Assembly: GCA_043821445.1 (NCBI GenBank)
Contig: JBDRCT010000031.1
Coordinates: 116,871 to 180,870, forward strand
DNA: 64,000 nucleotides
From: Candidatus Omnitrophota bacterium
GTDB lineage: Bacteria > Omnitrophota > Omnitrophia > Omnitrophales > Aquincolibacteriaceae
Reading direction: 5' to 3'
Made by a program: the position numbers and the translations under genes. Under the pieces are notes generated by a model. The model was not told the origin of the DNA. It searched no databases and saw only the letters and a list, made by a program, of their open reading frames with translations. Below, piece after piece: positions 41,490 through 50,581 of this stretch. Every line of letters starts with the position of its first letter. The stretch's first letter is position 1.

Positions 41490-43184
41490 ATGGGTATTAA
41501 CGCCTTATTGGGTGATATTCTTATCGAGCGTCGGCTCATCAATCTGGAGCAGCTGAGCCATGCCCTTGCCAAACAAAAAGAAACCAAAGAAGCGCTGGGT
41601 CAGATCATGATCCAGTTGGGTTACCTCGATGAGTCCCAGCTCCGGATGGTGCTTTCCGAGCAACTCGGCGTTTCCTTCCTTTCACCCGACCAATTAAAGC
41701 CCCGCATGGATCAGCGTCTCAAGGAGACGATTCCGACCGATTTTGCGCTTGCCAATCTTGTTCTTCCCCTGGATCGTAGCGGGCAGGTGCTTAAAGTGGC
41801 GGTGTCGAAAGTTCACGATCTTATTTTTTTAGATAATCTTCGCAAGATCACAGGCTACGATATCTTAACGGTTCTTGCGACCGAAAGCGAACTTAAGCGG
41901 GCCATCGTAGCGTATTACGGCAGCACGGATTTCCAAGAGGTTATTTCTTCTTCGGAGGTCGATAGCGTTGCGCAAGATTATATCCAGGAACCTGAAGATC
42001 ATAGGGTCGATCTCGAAGCGACCAAAACGGAGGCCGAGAAGGCCCCTGTGGTCAAGCTTGTGGACATCATGATCCGTAAAGCCCTCGAGGACCGTGCGAG
42101 CGATATCCACATCGAACCTGCCCAAGACAAGATCAATATTCGCTACCGCGTGGACGGTGTTCTTTACGAGCTTCCTCCACCTCCCCGGGAATTGCATAAC
42201 GCTATGGTCTCGCGTATCAAGATCCTTTCCAAGATGGATATTGCCGAAAAGCGGATCCCGCAGGACGGTTCGTTCGCTCTTCAGTACCAGGGGCACAAAG
42301 TCGACATACGCGTGTCGACCATGCCCATTATTTTCGGAGAAAAGGTTGTGATGCGTATTCTGGACAAACGCCTGGATCTTTTGGATATGACGGCGCTCGG
42401 TTTTGAGCCGGACCAGCTCGAATATTTCGAAAAGGCGCTGATGCGGCCTTACGGACTTATTTTTATGACCGGGCCGACAGGATGCGGCAAGAGCACGACG
42501 CTTTACGCGGCTCTGAACAAACGTCTTTCTCCGACGATCAATATTTGTACCGTTGAAGATCCGATCGAATACCAGATCGCGGGTATTAACCAGGTCCAAG
42601 TCAAGCCGGAGATCGGCCTGACATTTTCCACGGCTCTTCGCGCCTTTTTGCGTCAGGACCCGGATGTGATCCTGGTGGGGGAGGTACGCGACCTTGATAC
42701 GGCCGAGATCGCCATCCGCGCTTCGCTCACCGGCCATTTGGTGCTCTCTTCGTTGCATACGAACGATGCCGTATCGGCCGTGCTTCGTCTTATCGATATC
42801 GGGATCCAGGCCTACCTTGTTGCCGGAAGCCTGGGACTTGTGGCGGCCCAGCGCTTGATCCGCGTGCTTTGTCCCCACTGCAAAGAACCGTACAAAGTCG
42901 ATTCCAAGATCCAGGATGAGTATAAGATCCGTGCCGAGACCCTCTATAAGGCCACGGGGTGTCCCAAGTGTCGGAAGATCGGTTATTGGGGACGTATGGC
43001 CATTTATGAGGTGATTCCGATCGATCAAGATATCCGGCGTCTTATCACAAAAGAAACGAATCTTTCCCAATTAAGAGAGCTCCAAAAGGAAAAGAAATAC
43101 GAGATTCTTCTCCAGAACGGGGTCAAGAAAGTGGAGCGCGGGCTGACCACTTTGGAAGAGGTCTTAAGCGTGGCTTATGAATGA
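41490..43184 (+). CDS. pilB: Pilus assembly ATPase PilB/GspE
   Basis: MshEN-like N-terminus, ASDIHIEP, PQDG, GPTGCGKST, EDPIEY, LRQDPD, TGHLVLSSLH, CPHC...CPKC. Confidence 0.93.
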   Translation: MGINALLGDILIERRLINLEQLSHALAKQKETKEALGQIMIQLGYLDESQLRMVLSEQLGVSFLSPDQLKPRMDQRLKETIPTDFALANLVLPLDRSGQVLKVAVSKVHDLIFLDNLRKITGYDILTVLATESELKRAIVAYYGSTDFQEVISSSEVDSVAQDYIQEPEDHRVDLEATKTEAEKAPVVKLVDIMIRKALEDRASDIHIEPAQDKINIRYRVDGVLYELPPPPRELHNAMVSRIKILSKMDIAEKRIPQDGSFALQYQGHKVDIRVSTMPIIFGEKVVMRILDKRLDLLDMTALGFEPDQLEYFEKALMRPYGLIFMTGPTGCGKSTTLYAALNKRLSPTINICTVEDPIEYQIAGINQVQVKPEIGLTFSTALRAFLRQDPDVILVGEVRDLDTAEIAIRASLTGHLVLSSLHTNDAVSAVLRLIDIGIQAYLVAGSLGLVAAQRLIRVLCPHCKEPYKVDSKIQDEYKIRAETLYKATGCPKCRKIGYWGRMAIYEVIPIDQDIRRLITKETNLSQLRELQKEKKYEILLQNGVKKVERGLTTLEEVLSVAYE

Positions 43185-44502
43185 ACCTGTCGCGGGATTC
43201 CCAAAAAAGGATGCGCCTAAAGATCCGGAAGTTCTCTTCGATTGCCAAGTTCGTTCGCGAGATCTTCCGGGTCAAGCCAAGATTTTGACTTTGGAAGCTC
43301 CGTCGAAGGAAATTGCCGTTCAAAGACTTATCGCCCAGGGGTACGTGGTGATCAGCGTCCATGCACAGGGCGAGAAGAAAAGTGGTTTCTGGAACATTTT
43401 TTCAAGGCAATCTTCATCTTCCGGCAAGGCATCCAAAAGAGTTTCAGCCCCCATCTTTAATAGAGTTTCGACGCGCGAAACCATTTTTTTCGGCGTCCAA
43501 CTTGCGACACTTCTTAAAGCCGGTATCCCTCTTCTTCGATCGCTGGAGATCGTTCAAAGGGGGGTCGCGAATCCTTACTTCCGGAAGGTGCTCGGACATA
43601 TGCGCAAGAGGATCACAGAAGGCGGCACGTTCAGTATCGCGCTCCGTACCTATCCCGATGTTTTCCCGTGGGTCTGGATGAATCTTGTGGAGGTTGGGGA
43701 GGCAACGGGAAAGTTGCCGGATTGTCTCGAAGAGATCGTGCATTACCAGGAATCTGCAGCGCGGATCAAAGGCAAGATCATTACCGCATTTTTTTATCCC
43801 GCGATCCTGACCGTTGCGGTGATCGGTGCTCTCACATTCCTTTTGCTTTTTATCGTTCCAAAATTTGCGGCGATCTTTGAGGCACAAAAAATGCCGCTTC
43901 CGGTTTTAACCCAGATCGTCGTGGCCACAAGCAATGTTCTGAGATTTAACTTCCTATGGGTGGCCGGTGCTGTGGTTGCAGTAGGGATCACTTTGGCTTA
44001 CACGAGTAAGGCGGCTTCGATCAAACTGGTGTATGACAGGCTGTCGTTGAACGCGCCTCTTTTCGGGCCGATCCTGTTACAAGTGTCTGTAGTCCGTTTC
44101 ACAAGGTCCTTGGGGACTTTGTTGCGTTCCGGGGTGCAGATCCTTCAAGCGCTTGAGATCTCAGGACGGCTTGTGGAAAATAAGCATCTTGAGGCAAGCA
44201 TCAAGCGTGTGGCCCAGCGGGTCCGGGGCGGGCAGGGACTTGGCCTTCAGCTCGAAGTCCAGAGGATATACCCTGTTTTCGTGACACAACTTATTGCCAT
44301 CGGTGAAGAAAGCGGCCAACTCGACCGTTTTCTGGATTTGTTGTCTAACTACTATGAAGAACAGGTCGATGCGTTTCTTGCGCGCTTGACAACGCTTTTG
44401 GAACCATTCCTTCTGGTATTCATGGGCGGCGTGATCGGGACGATCGTAATCTCGATGTTTCTCCCCATCGTCGAACTGTCGACCCAAGCAGGGATGCACT
44501 AA
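43177..44502 (+). CDS. pilC: Platform protein PilC/GspF
   Basis: QLATLLKAGIPL, GEATGKL, YP, LPVLT, GEESGQLD, LLEP, MFLPI. Confidence 0.93.
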   Translation: MNEPVAGFPKKDAPKDPEVLFDCQVRSRDLPGQAKILTLEAPSKEIAVQRLIAQGYVVISVHAQGEKKSGFWNIFSRQSSSSGKASKRVSAPIFNRVSTRETIFFGVQLATLLKAGIPLLRSLEIVQRGVANPYFRKVLGHMRKRITEGGTFSIALRTYPDVFPWVWMNLVEVGEATGKLPDCLEEIVHYQESAARIKGKIITAFFYPAILTVAVIGALTFLLLFIVPKFAAIFEAQKMPLPVLTQIVVATSNVLRFNFLWVAGAVVAVGITLAYTSKAASIKLVYDRLSLNAPLFGPILLQVSVVRFTRSLGTLLRSGVQILQALEISGRLVENKHLEASIKRVAQRVRGGQGLGLQLEVQRIYPVFVTQLIAIGEESGQLDRFLDLLSNYYEEQVDAFLARLTTLLEPFLLVFMGGVIGTIVISMFLPIVELSTQAGMH

Positions 44503-44576
44503 AAGGGTGAAGAGGTTATCCACAAAACAAAAAGACCCGTCTTTGTTAAAAGGCTGATATTGGAAGGATTATGGAC

Positions 44577-44605
44577 TTGACAGTAGTTGATAGAAGATGT
44601 AGGGT
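44577..44605 (+). promoter_or_regulatory. Possible sigma70 promoter upstream of the pilins
   Basis: TTGACA-N17-TAGGGT. Confidence 0.45.
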
Positions 44606-45118
44606 TTTATTAGTAGGCAAGTGCTTAAAGAATTTAATAAAAATGCCGATGGGCGGGTGAGTGGCAGAAGTTGCCTATGGAAGTTTATTTTCGCCATTTT
44701 TGATCGCGTGCTTGTGCCTGGGGTCGTACTGAAAGATTTGAAATGAAAAAAGGGTGAGAATATCGCAGCGAGAAAAGTTCTTATCCTGGTTGTCGCTATA
44801 GGGTGGGTGCTAATTTTCTTAGCAACCAGGGGTGAATCTATTTCTCTTGGGAAGATGGAGCGCGTGCGGGGTTCTATCCGTTCGGCGCAGATCGTTTCCT
44901 GTGATGTGAAAAAATGCGATGCTCACGAAGTTGCTGTTATGTGCTTGAGTCTTGAGGCCATGATGTTCGGGGATTTCCCGGGGTTCCTCCTTTCCCTTCG
45001 GGCAGTTCCCAAAAATTTTGGCCCAAAGTTAGGCACCGAAAGTGTGTTACTTATCTAACTTTTTTGTCGTGCCAGGTAACATTTTTAACACAAGTTAATT
45101 TTTGAATAGGAGGGGTGG

Positions 45119-45544
45119 ATGAAAAAACAAAAAGGTTTCACACTGATAGAAGTTCTGATCGTGGTGGTGATCATAGGTGTTTTGGCAGCTTTGATCATTC
45201 CGCGGTTTTTAACGGCTCCGGAAAAGGCTATTGTTGCCGAGGCCAACCAGATGCTTGGCAGTATCATCCGTGCACAACAGGCGAACATCGATACGGGCGG
45301 CCCCTTTGTGAGCATTACCGATAATATTACAGTTGCAACCTGGGGCAAATTGCAAATGAATATACCCGGAGCTGCCGTAGTATCCGGTGCTGGCGCGAAG
45401 TTCAACTATACGTGCACCACGCCGAATTGTACGGCCGTACGTACTGGAACTGCTGCTAAATCCGTAGGCCGGAACCTTGCCGGAGTTTGGACCTGCGGCT
45501 CAGATTATACGACGATGACTTATGGAGGATGCACACTTGGTTAG
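45119..45544 (+). CDS. Type IV pilin 1
   Basis: Class III signal KG|FTLIE, hydrophobic alpha1, 4 Cys, RBS AGGAGG. Confidence 0.95.
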   Translation: MKKQKGFTLIEVLIVVVIIGVLAALIIPRFLTAPEKAIVAEANQMLGSIIRAQQANIDTGGPFVSITDNITVATWGKLQMNIPGAAVVSGAGAKFNYTCTTPNCTAVRTGTAAKSVGRNLAGVWTCGSDYTTMTYGGCTLG

Positions 45545-45589
45545 TGAGGGCAGTGAATGAGTTTTTAATGCAATAACAAAGGAGGAAGT

Positions 45590-46024
45590 ATGAAAATGAA
45601 GAGAGGGAGCAGAGGTTTTACGCTGATAGAGGTTTTGATCGTGGTAGTGATCATAGGCGTTTTGGCAGCTTTGATCATTCCGCGGTTTTTAACGGCTCCG
45701 GAAAAGGCTATTGTTGCCGAGGCCAACCAGATGCTTGGCAGTATCATCCGTGCACAACAGGCGAACATCGATACGGGCGGCACGTTTATAACCCTTACCG
45801 ATAATGCGACAACTGCGACGTGGAACAAATTGGGCATGCAGCAACCCAATGCTGCTGTAGTATCCGGTGCCGGTGCAAAGTTCAACTATACGTGCACCAC
45901 GCCGAATTGTACGGCCGCACGTACTGGAACTGCCGCCAAATCCGTCGGTGTAAATCTTGGCGGAACTTGGACTTGCGGTTCGGATTATACGCTGTTGGCT
46001 TATGGAGGATGCACATTAGGGTAA
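45590..46024 (+). CDS. Type IV pilin 2 (close paralog of pilin 1)
   Basis: RG|FTLIE; ungapped alignment to pilin 1 at a 480-bp offset. Confidence 0.95.
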   Translation: MKMKRGSRGFTLIEVLIVVVIIGVLAALIIPRFLTAPEKAIVAEANQMLGSIIRAQQANIDTGGTFITLTDNATTATWNKLGMQQPNAAVVSGAGAKFNYTCTTPNCTAARTGTAAKSVGVNLGGTWTCGSDYTLLAYGGCTLG

Positions 46025-46063
46025 AGTAGTATCCTGGAACGCCTTTTTAAATGAGTATTAGAC

Positions 46064-46112
46064 ACCCTGGGGCGGGTCGGTTTTTTGACCAGCCCGCTTC
46101 CGGGGGGTTCTT
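46064..46112. terminator. GC-rich hairpin after the pilin pair
   Basis: CCCTGGGGCGGGTCGGT-tttt-GACCAGCCCGCTTCCGGGGGG; weak U tail. Confidence 0.5.
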
Positions 46113-46235
46113 CAAAAAAAATAGGGCGATCCGGAGAAAAAGAGACGGTTTTAATCTATAGGATTGGTTGCTGGCCTTAGGTTGTAGGGTTTTCCACTTT
46201 TTAAAATGCTCAGTAGTGGGAGAGGACACGCTCTG

Positions 46236-46610
46236 ATGAAAGTCGAAAAAGGTTATACGATGACTGAGATTTTGATCGTGGTGGTCGTCCTTGGGATGTT
46301 GGCGGTCATGATCATCCCGCGTTACACCGGTCAAAGTGAGCGTGGGCTCGTTGCCGAGGCGGTCGCGATGCTTGGCAACATCCGTCAGGCCGAAGTGGCT
46401 TACCAGCTCGAGAATGCAGCGTTCACCACTAATTTGGCCAGCCTTGATATTGACACCTCGACTTCGACGAAGTTCACTTTCACAGTGAGTACGGCCGGAG
46501 CTGCGACCGCCGTGCGTACACCCGGCGGCGGCACGACCTTTAACAGCAAAACGATCATTTTAGATATTGCCGGAACTTGGTCTGGGGACCATCCGTTTAG
46601 GCCCATTTAA
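46236..46610 (+). CDS. Type IV pilin 3 (PilE-like minor pilin)
   Basis: KG|YTMTE, hydrophobic helix, EAVAMLGNIRQAE; no Cys. Confidence 0.88.
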   Translation: MKVEKGYTMTEILIVVVVLGMLAVMIIPRYTGQSERGLVAEAVAMLGNIRQAEVAYQLENAAFTTNLASLDIDTSTSTKFTFTVSTAGAATAVRTPGGGTTFNSKTIILDIAGTWSGDHPFRPI

Positions 46611-46688
46611 TGCCCCTTTCGAAGGATCCCAAAAGAGCAGGCGGTTGATGTCCTCGCGGTCTGTCCTTGTCTTTCATTCATTTCCTAA

Positions 46689-47504
46689 ATGGTTGACAAG
46701 GACTGCCCCAATTTCGCGAGGCCGAAATTGATAAAAATTAGGACTGTCCTGATTCTCGAAAGACACGGAGGCCCGTGGGCGCCTTTGTTGACGGATTATC
46801 TAAGTGACATGCCGGCGGCCGTTTCAGTGATCGAAGAACCCGCGCAAGCCGCGCTCCATTTCGACAAGATCCTTCCCAGCGTTCTTTTCTCCGAGCCCTG
46901 TTTCTTAAGCAAGGCTTTTCTCCAAAAGATCAAAGTCCGTAAGAATACGGACCCGATGTTCCGGTTTTGCCTGCTCGGCGAACCTCCGGCGGGCGAAAAA
47001 ACAATTCTTTTTGATGCGGTTTTTCCGGCCCTTCCGTCCCAGATCGATCTCAATAGACGTTTTGTCGAAATGCTTCCGACACCTGAGTCCCTGCGGCTTC
47101 TGGTCGTCGATGATGAGGAAGAGATCGGGACAGTGGTCCGGGATTATTTTCATGGGCGAAAAGATCCCGCCTTCGTGATCACATGCACCGCGAACGGCAA
47201 GGAAGCGCTCGAAAGGGTTGCGCGCGAGCGCCCGGATGTGATCATCCTCGACATCAAAATGCCCGTGATGGACGGCCGCGAATTCTACGCAAAACTTAAG
47301 GCAACGAAACTCGAGATCCCTGTGATCGTTTTCTTCGATTCTATTTCCGGTGAGGAACTTTCCGAGATGCGCCGGTTTGGTAATCCGGCGGTGATCGAAA
47401 AAGGCGATAAGGGAAGCTCCCTCGGAGCGATGCTGCTCTTGGTGAAAAAGCTGGCATATTTCAGCAGACAAGAGACCGGGACCCCGGGGCATGAGAGATT
47501 TTAG
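46689..47504 (+). CDS. Response regulator (unknown N-terminal domain + C-terminal receiver)
   Basis: LLVVDDE, NGKEAL, PDVIILDIKMPVMDG; start uncertain. Confidence 0.8.
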   Translation: MVDKDCPNFARPKLIKIRTVLILERHGGPWAPLLTDYLSDMPAAVSVIEEPAQAALHFDKILPSVLFSEPCFLSKAFLQKIKVRKNTDPMFRFCLLGEPPAGEKTILFDAVFPALPSQIDLNRRFVEMLPTPESLRLLVVDDEEEIGTVVRDYFHGRKDPAFVITCTANGKEALERVARERPDVIILDIKMPVMDGREFYAKLKATKLEIPVIVFFDSISGEELSEMRRFGNPAVIEKGDKGSSLGAMLLLVKKLAYFSRQETGTPGHERF

Positions 47505-47599
47505 GGAAACAAAAGCGTTTCAATCTGCAGGCGGTTTGGTCTCGGAGGTTCACAAGATCACCCGGAGATTTCCCAAATCCCAAAGAGGAGATTCAGTCA

Positions 47600-49648
47600 T
47601 TGTTTTCCAGGTCTCTAGTCCGCCTGTTTACTAAGTTCTCTATGCTGGGCATCCTTATCTTTTCCTCTCCGGTTACCGCCCAGGAGCCCTTTGCGGGCCC
47701 TGAGGCGCTCTTGGAGGAAGTCCAGAAGAGCGCGTTCCGTTTTTTTGAGGAGCATCATCATCCGCATACAGGCCTCGTGCGGGATAGCGCGCCCAACAGG
47801 CCTGGCACCGTGAGTAATGCTCCGGCGAGCATTGCGGGGGTCGGATTTGCGCTTACGATCTATCCGGTGGCCGTGGAGCGGGGATGGATGAGCCGCACTT
47901 CGGCCCACGCGCTTACTGTGCGGACTTTGGAATTTTTCCTTGATCATGCCGCGCAGTACAAAGGTTTTTTCTATCATTTCCTGGATTTCGAGACCGGAGA
48001 AAGGATGAACGGCTCCGAGCTTTCGCCGATCGACACGGCGCTTTTTCTGGCGGGGGCCCTTTTTGCAGCCGAATATTACGATGACCCGGAAGTCCGGGAC
48101 CTTGTCCAAAAGATCTACGAACGCGTCGATTTCCCCTGGATGCTTAACAAAGGGAAGACCTTTGCGCTTGCCTGGAGTCCCGAGACGGGTTTTAGTAAAG
48201 CTCGCTGGGACCACTTCGATGAATGCCTGCTTCTTTATGTTCTGGCGATAGGTTCCCCGACCCATCCGGTCTCCGAGGAAACCTGGCGCGGAATCCTCCG
48301 AACGGCCGGGAGCTACCGGGATTATCGTCTGATCCAGATGCCGCCGCTTTTTGTGCATCAATACCCGCATGTGTGGCTTGATCTTCGAGGGCAAAACGAT
48401 GGATTTGCGGATTATTTTGAGAATTCCGTGAATGCCTCGCGCGCCAACCGTGCTTTTTGCATCGACCAGGCTTCGAAATTTTCGGGCTACGGTCCGGATC
48501 TCTGGGGGCTTTCAGCCTCCGAGGGTCCAACAGGGTATCGCGCATACGGTGCGCCTCCGGGTTGGACGGTTTTCCATGACGGGACGGTCGCGCCCGCGGC
48601 CTGCGGAAGTTCGATCGTGTTCACGCCCGAGGAATCTATCGCCTGCCTAGAGAACATCCGGACTTCTTACAGCGATGCGATGTGGGGACCTTACGGTTTC
48701 TCTGACGCCATGAACGTGGGCAAGGGATGGTTCAGCGACAAGGTCCTGGCAATCGACCAGGGACCGCTTCTTCTGATGATCGAAAATTACAGGACCGGGT
48801 TGATATGGAAATTCATGTCCCAAAGCGTTCCCGTCCGGGCAGCACTTGAAAAAACAGGGTTCCGGAAAGGGGCTTTGCCGCTTCCGTGGCCGGAGCCCCC
48901 TGTGTATCAAGCGCCCTATGTTTCACCGGGTATTCAAGTGGATGGATTTCTCAGGGATTGGCCTCCCGGCGAGACTCTTGTGATGAACCCGGAAGGGCAT
49001 AAAGATTTCGGGGATTTTGACGGTCCCAATGCCAATCAATCGAAACGAAGTGGAGATTGGGGCCGTCCAAACTACCATGACGGAAAAGAAATAAAAAGTG
49101 TGGACGGGCCTGGGGATTTTGGGGCCAAGATTCGTTTCGCGTGGGATAACGAATATCTTTATTTTGTCGCAAAAGTGGACGATGACGATGTGGTGGCGAG
49201 CAGGACGGGGCAGCATATCTGGCGAGATGATCTTTTGGAGATCTATATCGATCCGGAGGGAGATGGGCTTTTTTGGAATGATCCCCGGGATTTCCAACTG
49301 GGCTTCAGGCCTGGGCGTGACGACCGGGAGCTTGCGGCTTGGTCGTGGTTCCAGGGCGGGGAGGATCCCCGGGAGGGGAAAAAAGTCTACGCGAAAAGCT
49401 ATACCGACGCGAAAGGTTATATCATCGAAGGGGCCATCCGATGGGATTTCCTGGAAGTGACGCCGGAACCCGGCAAGGAGATCCGGCTCAGTCCGGCCGT
49501 GCATGAGGTCGATCGAAAAGGCGGCGATGGAAAACTTGTTTGGTTCTTTCGCAATGAAGAAAAATATCAGCGTTTTGTTCTGGGAAGGATTGTCTTAGTC
49601 CAAGGAAAGGAGATCCGGAATGCCGACGCCCCGAAAAGAAAAATCTGA
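47600..49648 (+). CDS. Secreted GH144/glucoamylase-family (beta-1,2-glucanase-like) enzyme + CBM9-like domain
   Basis: GLVRD, SIAGVGF, GFFYHF, SPIDTALF, LFVHQY, WGLSA, DGTVAP, YGFSDA, IDQG..MIENYR; VDG.L.DW, AWDNEYLYF, D.LEIYID. Confidence 0.85.
   Translation: MFSRSLVRLFTKFSMLGILIFSSPVTAQEPFAGPEALLEEVQKSAFRFFEEHHHPHTGLVRDSAPNRPGTVSNAPASIAGVGFALTIYPVAVERGWMSRTSAHALTVRTLEFFLDHAAQYKGFFYHFLDFETGERMNGSELSPIDTALFLAGALFAAEYYDDPEVRDLVQKIYERVDFPWMLNKGKTFALAWSPETGFSKARWDHFDECLLLYVLAIGSPTHPVSEETWRGILRTAGSYRDYRLIQMPPLFVHQYPHVWLDLRGQNDGFADYFENSVNASRANRAFCIDQASKFSGYGPDLWGLSASEGPTGYRAYGAPPGWTVFHDGTVAPAACGSSIVFTPEESIACLENIRTSYSDAMWGPYGFSDAMNVGKGWFSDKVLAIDQGPLLLMIENYRTGLIWKFMSQSVPVRAALEKTGFRKGALPLPWPEPPVYQAPYVSPGIQVDGFLRDWPPGETLVMNPEGHKDFGDFDGPNANQSKRSGDWGRPNYHDGKEIKSVDGPGDFGAKIRFAWDNEYLYFVAKVDDDDVVASRTGQHIWRDDLLEIYIDPEGDGLFWNDPRDFQLGFRPGRDDRELAAWSWFQGGEDPREGKKVYAKSYTDAKGYIIEGAIRWDFLEVTPEPGKEIRLSPAVHEVDRKGGDGKLVWFFRNEEKYQRFVLGRIVLVQGKEIRNADAPKRKI
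49019..49110. mobile_element. Probable in-frame 84-bp palindromic insertion in the CBM9-like domain
   Basis: Flanking GACGG(T/G)CC copies 84 bp apart; inverted repeats GACGGTCCCAAT/ATTGGGGCCGTC and CCGTCCA/TGGACGG. Confidence 0.5.
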
Positions 49649-49652
49649 AAAA

Positions 49653-50264
49653 ATGAAAACATGTGTACGTCCCCTTGAGATAGGTCCTGTCGTGAGGGGT
49701 TTGCGCAAAGAAAGAGGCCTGAGCGGTGTAGAGCTTTGCCGTCGCGGCAAGGGGATCGACCCCAAGACGCTTACGGCGCTTGAAAAGGGAAGGATCCGGA
49801 ACCCTTCGATGGTGACCTTGGAGGCGCTCGCGAAAGGGTTTGGTATGAGCGTAAGCGACCTTTTCCGAAAGGTCGAATTCGACCAACGGGACTATTTCTC
49901 CCTGGGTTCTCCAAAAGGGCTCTACAAGGTCGATCTTCTGTCCCAGGGCATTCAGCTGGTCTCTTTTACGCCGCTCATCGAGGAGCTTTTTTGCGGGAAA
50001 ATGATCCTTGAAGGTCAAAAGCAATTTGATCAAAAACTGTTCGGCAGGGACGGCGCCGGAGCTTTTTTTATTATGACCCTGATCGGCCAGTTCGAGGGAG
50101 AGATCGAAGGGCGCAAGGTGGTCCTGAAAGAGGGCGATAATCTTTATTTTTACGGAGGGATGAAATTTCATTTGACGAATACCCTCCAGCGCAACTCCAC
50201 GTTGCTTTTGGTTGCGGTACCGTCTTGCCTGAAAATGCCGAGGGTCTTTAGGAGGCAGGAGTAA
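49653..50264 (+). CDS. XRE-family HTH-cupin transcriptional regulator
   Basis: IG..VR.LRKERGLS..EL, LEKG..NPS..TL..LA; cupin G.FEG...LKEGDNLYF. Confidence 0.88.
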   Translation: MKTCVRPLEIGPVVRGLRKERGLSGVELCRRGKGIDPKTLTALEKGRIRNPSMVTLEALAKGFGMSVSDLFRKVEFDQRDYFSLGSPKGLYKVDLLSQGIQLVSFTPLIEELFCGKMILEGQKQFDQKLFGRDGAGAFFIMTLIGQFEGEIEGRKVVLKEGDNLYFYGGMKFHLTNTLQRNSTLLLVAVPSCLKMPRVFRRQE

Positions 50265-50581
50265 CTTCATTCGTACTTTAAGGGATCATTTTTTCGGGCG
50301 AGTGCCCATCCTCATCCGTGAATACCTTTCAAGGAGGAAGGTGGGGTTCCCAAGACGAATTTATGACATTAACTTAGATATTTCTTTGCCGATAAAAGAA
50401 GGGCTGTCCCAATATTGATCGAATAGTTCGAATACCAGCGATGGGAGCGGAACAATTCCCATGTCGATCCATGAGCGCAAGGCGGTGATGGGAGCCGTCC
50501 TTGGCGGTTTTTGAAAGAAATAAAATACTAGACAAGTACTATGGATTTTTGACTTAACCGTGGTAAAATGCCGCCAACACA

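Noticed and set aside
41865-43070. Long antisense ORFs (also 6638-7729, 10714-11703, 54082-55242)
   Set aside because: Shadow frames opposite well-conserved genes; no recognisable motifs
45030-45046. Sigma54 promoter for the pilins (TAGGCACCGAAAGTGT)
   Set aside because: The -12 position is GT rather than the near-invariant GC; too weak to call
44807-45058. 83-aa ORF in the pilin upstream region
   Set aside because: GTG start, no motif or pilin signal; unsupported
50435-50512. Riboswitch upstream of tolC (two GATGGGAGC motifs)
   Set aside because: Does not fit the fluoride or other consensus structures that I can verify
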